A stretch of DNA of 64,000 nucleotides, taken from an uncultured Bacilli bacterium (lineage in GTDB: Bacteria; Bacillota_I; Bacilli_A; RF39; UBA660). Made by a program: the position numbers and the translations under genes. Below, in pieces: positions 17,725 through 27,264 of this stretch; the stretch's first letter is position 1; each line of letters begins with the position of its first letter. The stretch is from assembly GCA_944329425.1 (NCBI GenBank), contig CALVIG010000002.1, positions 593 to 64,592 of the forward strand. Direction: 5' to 3'. Below the pieces are notes generated by a model. That model saw nothing but the letters and a program-made list of their open reading frames with translations. It ran no database searches and was not told the origin of the DNA.

Positions 17725-18918
17725 ATGATAAATAAAAAAATATTAGTTTTGTTTTTGGTGATTTTTATTACTTCTTTTATTTCTCTTGCTATCTATCTTA
17801 ACGTTAGAATAGTTGATGATAATACTGGGTTTATTCTTAAAGATAACCTTGATGTATCAGTATATAGTAATTTAAAAATAAGTGATTTAATAAAAAGTAT
17901 GGATGGTAAATTATTAACTGATGAAATTATTAATACTGATTCATTAGGATTAAAAAAGGTTTCTTTCATCTACGTTAATAAAGAAAATAAGAAAAGAAGA
18001 GGAACTTTTAACGTAACCGTAGTTGATGATGAAAAGCCTTTGGTTTGGTTATCTAATAGCTATAGTATAAAGGTAAATAGCGACGTTAACCTAGAAGATT
18101 CTATTATGTGTGCAGATAATTATGATAGTAATCCTAGTTGTAAAATAATTGGTGATTATGATTTAAACAAGGTTGGTAGTTATGACCTTTCTTATGTTGC
18201 AACTGATTCGAGTAATAATAAAAATAAGGTTGATTTTACTTTATACGTTTATGAACCAAAAGAAGATGGTGATGAAAAAAACGTTAGTGTTACTAATTTT
18301 GATGAGGTTTTATCTAGCTATAAAACTAAAAAAAGTGAGGTTGGCATAGACGTTTCAAAATGGCAAGGCAAAATTGATTTTAATAAGGTAAAAGAAGCAG
18401 GAGCTAGCTTTGTTATGATTAGGGTTGGCTCTCAAAACGGGGTTAATGGTGAGTATGTAATTGATCCTTACTTTGAAACCAACGTTAGCTCTGCTATTAA
18501 AAGTGGATTAAAAGTGGGTGTTTATTTTTATTCATACGCAGACAGTAAAAAAGAAGCTAAAAAACAAGCAAAGTGGGTAATTGAAAAAATTAAGAAATAT
18601 CAAATTACCTTGCCAGTTGCCTTTGATTGGGAATGTTATTCTTCGTTTAACGAAATGGATATTAGTTTGTTTGGGTTAAACGAAATAGCAGATTCATTTT
18701 TAAAAGAGGTAGAAAAAAATGGATATGAAGTTATGTTATACGGAAGTAAAAATTATTTGAATAGTGTATGGAAGTATAATAAAAACGACGTTTGGTTAGC
18801 GCATTATAGTGAAAAAACTGATTACCAAAATGATTTTGTTATGTGGCAGCTATGTCAAAATGGTGTTATTGATGGTATAGAAAAAATGGTTGATATTAAC
18901 GTTTTATATCATGATTAA
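17725..18918 (+). CDS. Membrane-anchored GH25 muramidase (lysozyme) with N-terminal Ig-like repeats
   Basis: N-terminal TM helix. C-terminal GH25 signature (GIDVSKWQGKIDFNKVKEAGASFVMIRVG ... DWECYSS ... NGVIDGIEKMVDINVLY). Confidence 0.75.
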   Translation: MINKKILVLFLVIFITSFISLAIYLNVRIVDDNTGFILKDNLDVSVYSNLKISDLIKSMDGKLLTDEIINTDSLGLKKVSFIYVNKENKKRRGTFNVTVVDDEKPLVWLSNSYSIKVNSDVNLEDSIMCADNYDSNPSCKIIGDYDLNKVGSYDLSYVATDSSNNKNKVDFTLYVYEPKEDGDEKNVSVTNFDEVLSSYKTKKSEVGIDVSKWQGKIDFNKVKEAGASFVMIRVGSQNGVNGEYVIDPYFETNVSSAIKSGLKVGVYFYSYADSKKEAKKQAKWVIEKIKKYQITLPVAFDWECYSSFNEMDISLFGLNEIADSFLKEVEKNGYEVMLYGSKNYLNSVWKYNKNDVWLAHYSEKTDYQNDFVMWQLCQNGVIDGIEKMVDINVLYHD

Positions 18919-18970
18919 TGTTAAAAGGTTTTATTTTTTTTAGTTTTTTGTTATAATATAAAAAGAGTAG

Positions 18971-19717
18971 GTGAAGCTTGTGAAAAAAGGTTTATTAATA
19001 CTTTTGATTTTAATTTTACTATCTGGTTGTACCATAACTAGAATTGATAGTTATAATTATGAACAGGTAATGGATAAAATATTATCATTGGATATAAATG
19101 TATATAATAACGTTGGAAAAGGTTATAAATATTATGCTCCTAAGGGAGTTGTTAGAACGGATGCTAAGGAATATAATGATACTTTAAAAAGAGGTAGTAC
19201 TATATATTATCTATACGTTGATGTTGTAAGCTATTATTACAAGGCAAAAATTGATTATGAAGAAAATGATGATGTGTATTTTTCTAAAAAAATAAAAAAT
19301 AAAGATAAAGAAGGATATATTGAAATACAAGAAGAAAATGATAAATTATATGTTCAAATGCAGTATAATTATGCTAAAATAGAAACATACGTAGATGAAT
19401 CATGCTTAAATGAAGCAATTAGTGATATAAGTTATATTCTATCTAGTATTGATTTTAATGATTCTTTATTAAAAAAAATGTATGAATCAGGTAATTTTGA
19501 TTCTAAAGAAGAAGTTTATAAACTTTTTGATAATAAAGAAAAAGAAGGAAACTTCCTTGAATACGTTAAGGAATACGATAAGTATGATGGTAGTGAAGAA
19601 GAACAAAAAGAAGAAGAAATAATTATTGAGCAAACAACTACTACGACAACAACAACCACTAAGGAGAAAACTACTAGTAAGGCAACTGAAGATAGTCAAA
19701 CAACGGTTGGTGAATAA
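18971..19717 (+). CDS. Lipoprotein (LSGC lipobox) with poly-Thr C-terminal tail
   Basis: Signal peptide plus LLSGC lipobox. Tyr-rich body. C-terminal TTTTTTTTT linker. Confidence 0.5.
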   Translation: MKLVKKGLLILLILILLSGCTITRIDSYNYEQVMDKILSLDINVYNNVGKGYKYYAPKGVVRTDAKEYNDTLKRGSTIYYLYVDVVSYYYKAKIDYEENDDVYFSKKIKNKDKEGYIEIQEENDKLYVQMQYNYAKIETYVDESCLNEAISDISYILSSIDFNDSLLKKMYESGNFDSKEEVYKLFDNKEKEGNFLEYVKEYDKYDGSEEEQKEEEIIIEQTTTTTTTTTKEKTTSKATEDSQTTVGE

Positions 19718-19738
19718 CAGAAAGGTGTGAAAGTTTTT

Positions 19739-20647
19739 ATGGGACTAAGAAGTAAGTTAAATAAAATGAAAAGTTTTTTATTTGATGAAGAGGAAGATGA
19801 AAAAGAAATTAAAAAAACTCCAAAAATTTCTTTAAAAAAAGACGTAAAAAAAGAAAAAATTAAGGAAGAGCAAGATGATTTTTCTAAGACTCAAGAAATA
19901 GAGGAATTATATTTCGAAGATGTTTCCGAAAATAGTATTGAAAAGACTAAAGAAATAAAGTCTAGAGCTACTAAAATAGAACCAGAATTTAAATTTCCTG
20001 AGTTTAACGATGATGATTTTGCGGTTGTAAGAACTAAACCAGAACCAATTATTAAGCCCGTAAGGGAGGAAGTTAAACCGGTTTTATATCAGGGAAGTAA
20101 AAGAAAAGAAGAAACAAAAAAATTTAAGCCTAGCCCTATAATTTCACCTATATACGGATTATTAGATAAAGATGGTAACACGATACAAAATGATTCTAAA
20201 AGTCATGATGGTAGTAGCCAAAAAGAAGAAGTTTCATTAGATATCGTTAGAAAAAAAGCTTATGGAGCCTTAGACGAAGAACTTGAAAACACGATGAAAC
20301 GTTTAAGTAAAAAAACAATAGAAGAAGCAGAAAAAGATATGGAAGTTGAAGAAAAAGAACTTTCTAGAACTAAACAAAAAGCAAAAAAAGTTGAAGAGAC
20401 AAAACCTGTTGTTATTTCAAAAGAGGATTTGGAAGCGGATGACGATGATGATATGATATTACCAAATATCAATTTTAAGGAAATAGACGTTGATAAGGAA
20501 AGATTAAAAAATAATTCTGGTAAAAAAAGTGTAAAAGAAAACATAGAAAAACAATTAGATGACGATGACGATGATGACGACACTAAGGAACAAGATTTAT
20601 TTAATTTAATTGATTCAATGTATCAGAAAGAAGGTAAGGAAGATTAA
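19739..20647 (+). CDS. Hyper-acidic Lys/Glu/Asp-rich protein with SepF-like N-terminal amphipathic helix (about 302 aa)
   Basis: Track ORF 19727-20647. ATG at codon 5. N-terminus MGLRSKLNKMKSFLFDEEEDE resembles the SepF membrane-binding helix, but no SepF core domain is present. Contains poly-Asp runs. Confidence 0.4.
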   Translation: MGLRSKLNKMKSFLFDEEEDEKEIKKTPKISLKKDVKKEKIKEEQDDFSKTQEIEELYFEDVSENSIEKTKEIKSRATKIEPEFKFPEFNDDDFAVVRTKPEPIIKPVREEVKPVLYQGSKRKEETKKFKPSPIISPIYGLLDKDGNTIQNDSKSHDGSSQKEEVSLDIVRKKAYGALDEELENTMKRLSKKTIEEAEKDMEVEEKELSRTKQKAKKVEETKPVVISKEDLEADDDDDMILPNINFKEIDVDKERLKNNSGKKSVKENIEKQLDDDDDDDDTKEQDLFNLIDSMYQKEGKED

Positions 20648-20961
20648 TGCAAGCTTTTTTGGGAGAATATTTACCTATATTAATTTATATATTATTATGT
20701 ATCTTAATAATTTTACTTATAGTAATTTGTGTTAAGGTTATTAAAACAATGAATAGGGTTGAATCCATAGTGGATGACGTTGATGAAAAAGTTAAATCTC
20801 TTAACGGGGTATTTAACATTGTTGATGCGGTAACCGATAAGTTATCGGCTTTAACCGAAGTTATATCTGATTCTATAATTTTATTTGTTAGGGGTATTTT
20901 TAGAAGAAAAAAGAAAAAAATAGAAAAAGAACAGGAGGAAAATCAAGATGAAGAAGAATAA
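20647..20961 (+). CDS. DUF948 membrane protein (YtxG-like)
   Basis: N-terminal TM followed by VESIVDDVDEKVKSLNGVFNIVDAVTDKLSALTEV, typical of YtxG/DUF948. Confidence 0.6.
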   Translation: MQAFLGEYLPILIYILLCILIILLIVICVKVIKTMNRVESIVDDVDEKVKSLNGVFNIVDAVTDKLSALTEVISDSIILFVRGIFRRKKKKIEKEQEENQDEEE

Positions 20962-21355
20962 AAAAAGTGGTGCTGGTAAATTTGTGTTAGGTGCAACTAT
21001 TGGTACTGCTTTAGGACTTTTATTTGCACCTAGAACAGGTAAGGAAACCAGGGCTGCAATTAAAGAAAAAGCAGGGGATTTATTACAAAAAGCAAAGGAA
21101 ATTGATGTTAAAGAAGTAAGGGAAAACATTGAACAAAAAGTTGCTAACATAGTTGAAGAAATGAAAGATTTAGATAAGGAAAAAGTATTAAAGATAGCTA
21201 AGAAGAAAGCTAATGATTTAAAAAATAGTGCTGAAGACTTAGTTTCATATGCTAAAGAAAAAGCAACACCAGTTGTTGAAGAAGCAGCTATCGCTTTAAA
21301 ACAAAAAGCAATTGATGTTACTAAGAAAGTATTAGAAAAATTAGAAGAAAAATAA
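20948..21355 (+). CDS. YtxH-like protein
   Basis: GATIGTALGLLFAPRTGKETR motif of the YtxH family. Adjacent to a ytxG-like gene as in Bacillus. Confidence 0.6.
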   Translation: MKKNKKSGAGKFVLGATIGTALGLLFAPRTGKETRAAIKEKAGDLLQKAKEIDVKEVRENIEQKVANIVEEMKDLDKEKVLKIAKKKANDLKNSAEDLVSYAKEKATPVVEEAAIALKQKAIDVTKKVLEKLEEK

Positions 21356-21400
21356 AGCGTGTTTTAACATGCTTTTTTATTATGTTGTAAGAGGTGTGTT

Positions 21401-22183
21401 ATGAAAAGTGAAAGATATCAATTGGTGGCAATTGATAACGTTACTAAAGAAAAATACGTTATTGAACTTGCTAATGATAATAAGTTTAATAAAGGAAGCT
21501 TAAATTTTATTGATAATGGTACTTGTAGGTTTAAAGATAAACCGCAATTAGCTAAGTATTTTTATGATAAAGGTAAAATACCAACGTTAAAAGTGGATCT
21601 CATAATAACGTACATTAATAATAAAGAAGAAAAGCATTTACCAGTTATATTTAATGATGAGTACATTTATAATGTTTCTAAAACTAAGCATAATGAAAAT
21701 TTTATTTATTATGTAGTAAGACTTCTGCTTAGCAAACTTAGTTATGGTGAATTTTATGATTACCTAATGGAAGAAAACAATTATAATCGTGATTTAAAAA
21801 AATCTGGAAGTTATTTAAACAATATAATTTTAGGTACTATAGCGAATTATTATAGTAATTATGTAATACATAAAAACATTGGTGTTAACATTACTAATAT
21901 TGAGTATACACTTTTTAAAGAACTTAAGCAGTATAAGCAACTTAGAACATTATATTATTTTATGAAAAATTATGATTTAAAAAAAAGAGTTAATTTAAAA
22001 AAAGAAGAATCACTTACTTTTGGTGATTTTTGTAATTCGGATGGAGAGCAAAACCCTAAAATAAAACCCAGTATGCAAGAAGAAGTAGATTTTTTAAGAA
22101 CAACTTATGGTATGGATGAGGTTTATAGCTATTATGATGGTGATCAAGTTTTCGAATCAGGTTGTTTAGATTATAAAAAATAA
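21401..22183 (+). CDS. Hypothetical protein (260 aa), immediately upstream of cotE
   Basis: Long ORF with no recognisable domain. Strong terminator after it (about 22194-22222). Confidence 0.4.
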   Translation: MKSERYQLVAIDNVTKEKYVIELANDNKFNKGSLNFIDNGTCRFKDKPQLAKYFYDKGKIPTLKVDLIITYINNKEEKHLPVIFNDEYIYNVSKTKHNENFIYYVVRLLLSKLSYGEFYDYLMEENNYNRDLKKSGSYLNNIILGTIANYYSNYVIHKNIGVNITNIEYTLFKELKQYKQLRTLYYFMKNYDLKKRVNLKKEESLTFGDFCNSDGEQNPKIKPSMQEEVDFLRTTYGMDEVYSYYDGDQVFESGCLDYKK

Positions 22184-22212
22184 GTAATATTAAAAAAAGT
22201 GCGAATTAATGC

Positions 22213-22240
22213 ACTTTTTTTAGTGTAAACGCATAGATTA
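22213..22240 (+). promoter_or_regulatory. Sigma-K-type promoter candidate upstream of cotE
   Basis: AC-N17-CATAGATTA matches the sigma-K consensus AC-N16/17-CATA---TA. It lies between the terminator and the cotE SD. Confidence 0.3.
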
Positions 22241-22259
22241 AAACGAGGAGGGGATTCTA

Positions 22260-22778
22260 ATGTATAAGGAGATAGTTACTAAAGCTGTTATAGGAAAGGG
22301 TAAAAAATATTTTAAAAACACCTATAATCTTTTAACGGAAAACAACGCTAATACAATTTTGGGCTGCTGGGTAATTAATCACGAATTTAAAGGCACGGTA
22401 AATGGTGATAAGGTTGTTATAGATGGTAATTTTGACGTTAATATATGGTATTCATATGATGATGATAAAAAAACTACCGTAGCTAACAAAAACATATCTT
22501 ATAGTGAAGTTGTTAGCGTAAAAACCAAAACTGGAACTTCTTTGGCTGGAAGTGATATAATCGTAAGAGCGTTAAAGCAACCAAGTTGTAGTAATGTTAC
22601 AGCAAAGGATGATGTAATAGAGTTTGATATAGAAAAAGAGTTAGGAATAGAAGTAGTAAATGATGAAAAAGTAAAAATTGCGATAGAAGAAGATGAGGAA
22701 CCATGGGACACAATCGATGATGATACACAAGAAGTAGAAAAAGCAATTGATGAAGAAGTTAAAGAGGATTTTATTTAG
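22260..22778 (+). CDS. cotE: Outer spore coat morphogenetic protein CotE
   Basis: YKEIVTKAVIGKGKKY..ILGCWVINH..NIWYSY...LKQPSC...acidic C-terminal tail. Collinear with B. subtilis CotE (YREIITKAVVAKGRK..ILGGWIINH..VWYSY..LQQPNC..acidic tail). Confidence 0.75.
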   Translation: MYKEIVTKAVIGKGKKYFKNTYNLLTENNANTILGCWVINHEFKGTVNGDKVVIDGNFDVNIWYSYDDDKKTTVANKNISYSEVVSVKTKTGTSLAGSDIIVRALKQPSCSNVTAKDDVIEFDIEKELGIEVVNDEKVKIAIEEDEEPWDTIDDDTQEVEKAIDEEVKEDFI

Positions 22779-22821
22779 AATCCTTTTTAAATACGATAAT
22801 TTTAATTGTTAACAAAAATGG

Positions 22822-22850
22822 TTGACACTTATATTAAGCTGTGTTAAAAT
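22822..22850 (+). promoter_or_regulatory. Sigma-A promoter of rpsP
   Basis: TTGACA-17 nt-TAAAAT. Confidence 0.5.
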
Positions 22851-22876
22851 TAACTTGTAATGAAGGAGGAATACTA

Positions 22877-23149
22877 ATGGCAGTTAAATTAAGATTAAAA
22901 AGAATGGGAGCTAAAAAACAACCTTTTTATCGTATAGTTGCAGCGGATTCAAGAAGCCCAAGGGATGGACGTTTCATAGAAACAATTGGAACATATAATC
23001 CATTATTAAACCCTGCAGAAACAAAAATTGATGAAGAAGTTGCTATGAAATGGTTAAGGAACGGAGCTACTCCAACGGATACCGTTAAAAACATTTTTTC
23101 AAAAGCTGGTATAATGACTAAATTTGCTAACGAAAAAAAAGGTAAGTAA
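22877..23149 (+). CDS. rpsP: 30S ribosomal protein S16
   Basis: [45 protein letters not shown] (track ORF starts earlier at 22841). Confidence 0.9.
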   Translation: MAVKLRLKRMGAKKQPFYRIVAADSRSPRDGRFIETIGTYNPLLNPAETKIDEEVAMKWLRNGATPTDTVKNIFSKAGIMTKFANEKKGK

Positions 23150-23151
23150 TA

Positions 23152-23400
23152 ATGAAATTAGTAGAGTTAACCGAATTTATAATAAAAGAATTAGTTAATG
23201 ATCCTGATAGCGTTAGCGTAAAAGAATTTCCTAGCGAGAATGAAAATGAAGTTATTATACAAGTTATGGTTCCGGAAGATCAAATGGGAAGAGTAATTGG
23301 AAAAGGTGGTAACTTAGCAAAGGCACTAAGAACCATAGTTCAAGCAAGTTCTTACGTTGATGGTAACAAAAGGGTAAATATTAACATAGATTCTTATTAA
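23152..23400 (+). CDS. KH-domain RNA-binding protein (YlqC-like)
   Basis: 82 aa with GRVIGKGG KH motif. Canonical position after rpsP. Confidence 0.75.
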   Translation: MKLVELTEFIIKELVNDPDSVSVKEFPSENENEVIIQVMVPEDQMGRVIGKGGNLAKALRTIVQASSYVDGNKRVNINIDSY

Positions 23401-23636
23401 GAAAAAAGCTTAGTGTATTATATATTTGCTAATAAAAAATAGACATATAAAAGATCATTTAAATGTTAGTTGAGTTCTATATTCAATAGATGCTTAAATA
23501 AAATCTTTTTACTGTCTATTTTTTTAGTGACAAATACATTAAATAATCAGTCTTTTTAAATGTAAATATGTATTATATTTATTGTTAATTTAATTCATTT
23601 GTATTATAATAAAAATATGGTAAAGGATGTGATTAT

Positions 23637-24410
23637 ATGAAGAAAAGAGTAATTAGTGCCATTGTTGCTCTTGCAATATTTATACCTATAGTTATAGTTG
23701 GAGGTATTTGGTTTAAAGTTGCTGTAACCGTTTTAGCGGTTTTAGGGATGAAAGAATTTTTGAGTTTACCAGGTGGTGAAAAAAGACCTAAGTACGTAGA
23801 CGTTATTTTATATGCGTTAGTTATTTTACTTGTATTTATGGATGAAAATAGGCAAGTATATTACTTTTTAACGTTTTTATTACCAATGCTAGCAGTTATA
23901 TATTGTAATAATAATAAAAAATATAACGCTGATGATGCTTTTAAACTAATTGGTATGACTTTCCTTGTAGGGGTAATATTTCATGAGTTTGTTACCATAA
24001 GGGAAGATAATATAATGAAATTTATATACTTGTTCTTAATTACGATGCTTACTGATACTTATGCTCATTTAGGAGGTTCTTTAATAGGAAAACATAAGCT
24101 AGCACCTAAAATTTCTCCAAATAAAACCTGGGAAGGTAGTATAATTGGAGGCATATTTGGTACTTTATGTGCTGCCACTTTCTATTATATATGTGTTGAT
24201 TCTAGTGTTAGCGTACTAGGACTTCTAATTATTACCCTTTTACTTTCAAGTCTAGGGCAACTTGGAGATTTATTCTTTAGTGCGGTAAAAAGAAATCATG
24301 ACATTAAAGATTTTTCTAACATAATGCCTGGTCATGGGGGAGTATTAGACAGGTTAGATAGTATTATTTTGGTTATTATTGGATATATTTTATTAGCAGG
24401 AATAATTTAG
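23637..24410 (+). CDS. cdsA: Phosphatidate cytidylyltransferase CdsA
   Basis: 257 aa polytopic protein with the CTP-transferase C-terminal signature (SxxKRxxxxKDxSxxxPGHGGxxDRxDS). Confidence 0.8.
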   Translation: MKKRVISAIVALAIFIPIVIVGGIWFKVAVTVLAVLGMKEFLSLPGGEKRPKYVDVILYALVILLVFMDENRQVYYFLTFLLPMLAVIYCNNNKKYNADDAFKLIGMTFLVGVIFHEFVTIREDNIMKFIYLFLITMLTDTYAHLGGSLIGKHKLAPKISPNKTWEGSIIGGIFGTLCAATFYYICVDSSVSVLGLLIITLLLSSLGQLGDLFFSAVKRNHDIKDFSNIMPGHGGVLDRLDSIILVIIGYILLAGII

Positions 24411-24419
24411 GAGGTCCTA

Positions 24420-25460
24420 ATGACATTAATATATTTTATTTTAATGCTTGGAATAATAGTTTTTATTCATGAACTTGGCCATTTTATTTGGGCTAAAAAG
24501 TTTGGGGTTTATTGTTATGAGTTTTCCCTTGGCTTTGGTCCAAAACTCTTTTCTTTTAGAAGAAAAAATGATGAAACATTGTATTGCCTAAGATTAATTC
24601 CGATTGGTGGATACGTTGCTATGGCCGGAGAAGAAGTAGATGATGATAAGTCTGTTTCGAAAGATAAAAAGCTATACAATAAGCCATGGTATAAGAAATT
24701 AATAATAATTCTAGCTGGTATTATAAATAATTTTATTTTAGGCTTTTTAATACTTTTTTTAATAGCGTTAATATATGGTTCTTATACCACTGAACCGATT
24801 ATTGGTGTTGTTACAAAAGATTCTTCTAGTCAGAAAGCAGGTATTAAAGAGGGGGATAAAATAATCTCAATAAATGGAGAAAAAACAAGAACTTGGGATG
24901 ATGTCACTTTAAAACTTGTGTTATCAAATAACGATAAGGCTCAAGAATTTTTATTAGAAACTTCGGATGGTGAAAAAAAAGTTTCGGTAAAACCTGAAAA
25001 AATAACCGATGAAGATGGTAACGTTTCTTACTCTTATGGTATTGGATTAGATGATACAAAGTATCATGGTTTTGGCAATGCCTTTAAATATTCAACTAGT
25101 AAGTTTGGATCAATATTTAATTCAATGATTGTTACCATTAAAGCTTTATTTACTGGTAAAGTAGGTTTGGATTCGTTATCTGGACCAGTTGGTATATATT
25201 CTATTGTTGGATCCCAAAGTAAAGCTGGGTTATCTGGTTTGTTATATTTATTAGCTTATTTATCAATTAACGTTGGTTTTATAAACTTAATACCATTTCC
25301 GGCGTTTGATGGATATCGAGCTGTAATAATATTAATTGAACGTATAACAAGAAAAAAAGTAAACGCTAAGGTAGATGCAATCGTAAATCAAGTCGGTTTG
25401 TTTTTACTTTTTGCATTAATGATATATATAACGATTAAAGATGTATTAAGACTTTTCTAG
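24420..25460 (+). CDS. rseP: Site-2 protease RseP/RasP (M50 metalloprotease with PDZ)
   Basis: HELGHF zinc motif in the first TM. PDZ region. LDG motif near the C-terminus. Follows cdsA. Confidence 0.8.
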   Translation: MTLIYFILMLGIIVFIHELGHFIWAKKFGVYCYEFSLGFGPKLFSFRRKNDETLYCLRLIPIGGYVAMAGEEVDDDKSVSKDKKLYNKPWYKKLIIILAGIINNFILGFLILFLIALIYGSYTTEPIIGVVTKDSSSQKAGIKEGDKIISINGEKTRTWDDVTLKLVLSNNDKAQEFLLETSDGEKKVSVKPEKITDEDGNVSYSYGIGLDDTKYHGFGNAFKYSTSKFGSIFNSMIVTIKALFTGKVGLDSLSGPVGIYSIVGSQSKAGLSGLLYLLAYLSINVGFINLIPFPAFDGYRAVIILIERITRKKVNAKVDAIVNQVGLFLLFALMIYITIKDVLRLF

Positions 25461-25493
25461 GAAAAGTCTCTTTTGATAGAAAGAGGAATAAAG

Positions 25494-26429
25494 ATGAAAG
25501 ATTTAAAAGTAATATTTATGGGAACACCTGATTTTTGTGTACCCATTCTTAAAGCGTTAAGCGAAAAATGTAACGTTATAGCGGTTGTAACGCAGCCTGA
25601 TAAAGAAGTTGGAAGAAAAAAAGAAATAAGTTATTCTCCCATAAAAAAAACTGCTATTGGCTTGGGTATTAAAGTTTTACAACCTGTTAAAATAAAGGAA
25701 GAATATAAGGAAATAATTGATCTTAATCCTGATATTATAATTACTTGTGCATATGGTCAAATAGTTCCTGAAGTGATTTTAAATTACCCTAAATATGGCT
25801 GTATTAACGTTCATGCTTCTTTACTTCCTAAATTACGTGGTGGGGCTCCTATTCATAAGGCTATTATATATGGTTATGATGTTACTGGAATAACCATTAT
25901 GTACATGGATAAAGGTATGGATACAGGCGACATGATTTCAAAAAAAGAAGTTAAAATAGAAGATAATGATACGGCAGAAACTCTTCATGATAAGCTTCAA
26001 AAAATTTCGGTTACGTTACTTCTTGAAACTTTACCTAAAATAATAAGTGGTACTAATAAAAGAGAAAAGCAAGATGATAATTGTGCAACTTATGCATATA
26101 ACATCTCAAGGCAAGAAGAACACGTGGATTTTAATAAGACGTCCAAAGAAGTGTTTAACCAAATAAGGGGACTTAATTCATGGCCTGGAGCTTACGCTGT
26201 ATTGGATGATAAAAACATCAAATTATGGTTATCAAAAATAAGTGAGAATCATTATGATGCTAAGCCTGGAACGATAGTAAATTTAGATAAAAATGGGATG
26301 GAAATTGTAACAAAAGATGGTAGTGTTTTAATAACTGAATTACAACTTCCTGGTAAGCGAAAAACAAACATTAAGGATTTTATAAATGGTGTAAAAAAAG
26401 AAGATTACTTAGACAAACGATTTAGGTAA
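25494..26429 (+). CDS. fmt: Methionyl-tRNA formyltransferase
   Basis: MKDLKVIFMGTPDF... start with AAGAGGAA SD (track 25473). Formyltransferase N-domain plus C-terminal domain. Confidence 0.85.
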   Translation: MKDLKVIFMGTPDFCVPILKALSEKCNVIAVVTQPDKEVGRKKEISYSPIKKTAIGLGIKVLQPVKIKEEYKEIIDLNPDIIITCAYGQIVPEVILNYPKYGCINVHASLLPKLRGGAPIHKAIIYGYDVTGITIMYMDKGMDTGDMISKKEVKIEDNDTAETLHDKLQKISVTLLLETLPKIISGTNKREKQDDNCATYAYNISRQEEHVDFNKTSKEVFNQIRGLNSWPGAYAVLDDKNIKLWLSKISENHYDAKPGTIVNLDKNGMEIVTKDGSVLITELQLPGKRKTNIKDFINGVKKEDYLDKRFR

Positions 26430-26525
26430 TCTTTTTTATTTTGTAAATAATTGTAAATAAATAAAAAAAATATGAGTAGCCAATAATTTATGTGTTAAAA
26501 TACATAAATAGGAGGAAGTAAAAAG

Positions 26526-27158
26526 ATGAAAAAGAAAAACATGATAATAATAGGAGTAATAGCTCTAATACTTGTAGTAGCGGTAGGATATGCGTTATTT
26601 TCAGACACGTTAACTATAAATGGAACAGCAACCGCTAAAGGTGATTTTAATTTAAGTTATGCATGTGAGTTTGTTGATGAAGATATTAGTTGGGGAGAAG
26701 GTCAAAAAACATCAGCATCAACTGGAACGGGTTCATGCCAAGTTGAAGGTAATGAAATAACAACAACTAGTAAACTATCTAAGCCAACTGATTTTTCAAT
26801 TTTCAAGGTAACGGTAACAAATAACGGATCAATACCAGCAGTATTAAAGACGGTTGATTCATCAAATAATGTAGCTTCAAATATGACTGATGTAGGTGAC
26901 GTATTTTATTTAGATAAAACAACTGCATTATTTGGATATTACGAAGTTCGTAAAAATAATGAATTAATTTCCGCTAACGGTGATGGAGCATTAGAAGAAG
27001 CAACTATAACTTTACAAACTGGAGAATCTGTAGATTTTTATATCTATAACATGTGGATGGATTCAGATATGTTAGGTTTAGCATCACAACCTGAGTTATC
27101 AAATGGGCAAGCAACAATGCAGTATAATATGATCCTTGGTTTTCAGCAAGCATCATAA
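26526..27158 (+). CDS. TasA/CalY (camelysin, peptidase M73)-family secreted protein with SipW-cognate-type signal peptide
   Basis: The N-terminus MKKKNMIIIGVIALILVVAVGYALFSDTLTINGTATAKGDF matches the SipW-cognate signal class (..GGTxAxFSD..). FKVTVTNNGSIPAVLKTV resembles TasA FQFENNGSLAIKEVL. No sipW gene lies within the window. Confidence 0.6.
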   Translation: MKKKNMIIIGVIALILVVAVGYALFSDTLTINGTATAKGDFNLSYACEFVDEDISWGEGQKTSASTGTGSCQVEGNEITTTSKLSKPTDFSIFKVTVTNNGSIPAVLKTVDSSNNVASNMTDVGDVFYLDKTTALFGYYEVRKNNELISANGDGALEEATITLQTGESVDFYIYNMWMDSDMLGLASQPELSNGQATMQYNMILGFQQAS

Positions 27159-27264
27159 TTGATAAAGAATTAGAACTTCAGGTTCTAATTTTTTTAATAT
27201 ATAAAGTCAAATGCTTAACCTTTATTAGTTATTTTGGTATAATTATAAACATAAGGAGTTTATT

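Noticed and set aside
19600-20600. Possible CRISPR or tandem DNA repeats (ACAACAACAACC..., GATGACGATGATGA...).
   Set aside because: These are short codon-level repeats encoding poly-Thr and poly-Asp inside ORFs. There are no regularly spaced direct repeats with unique spacers.
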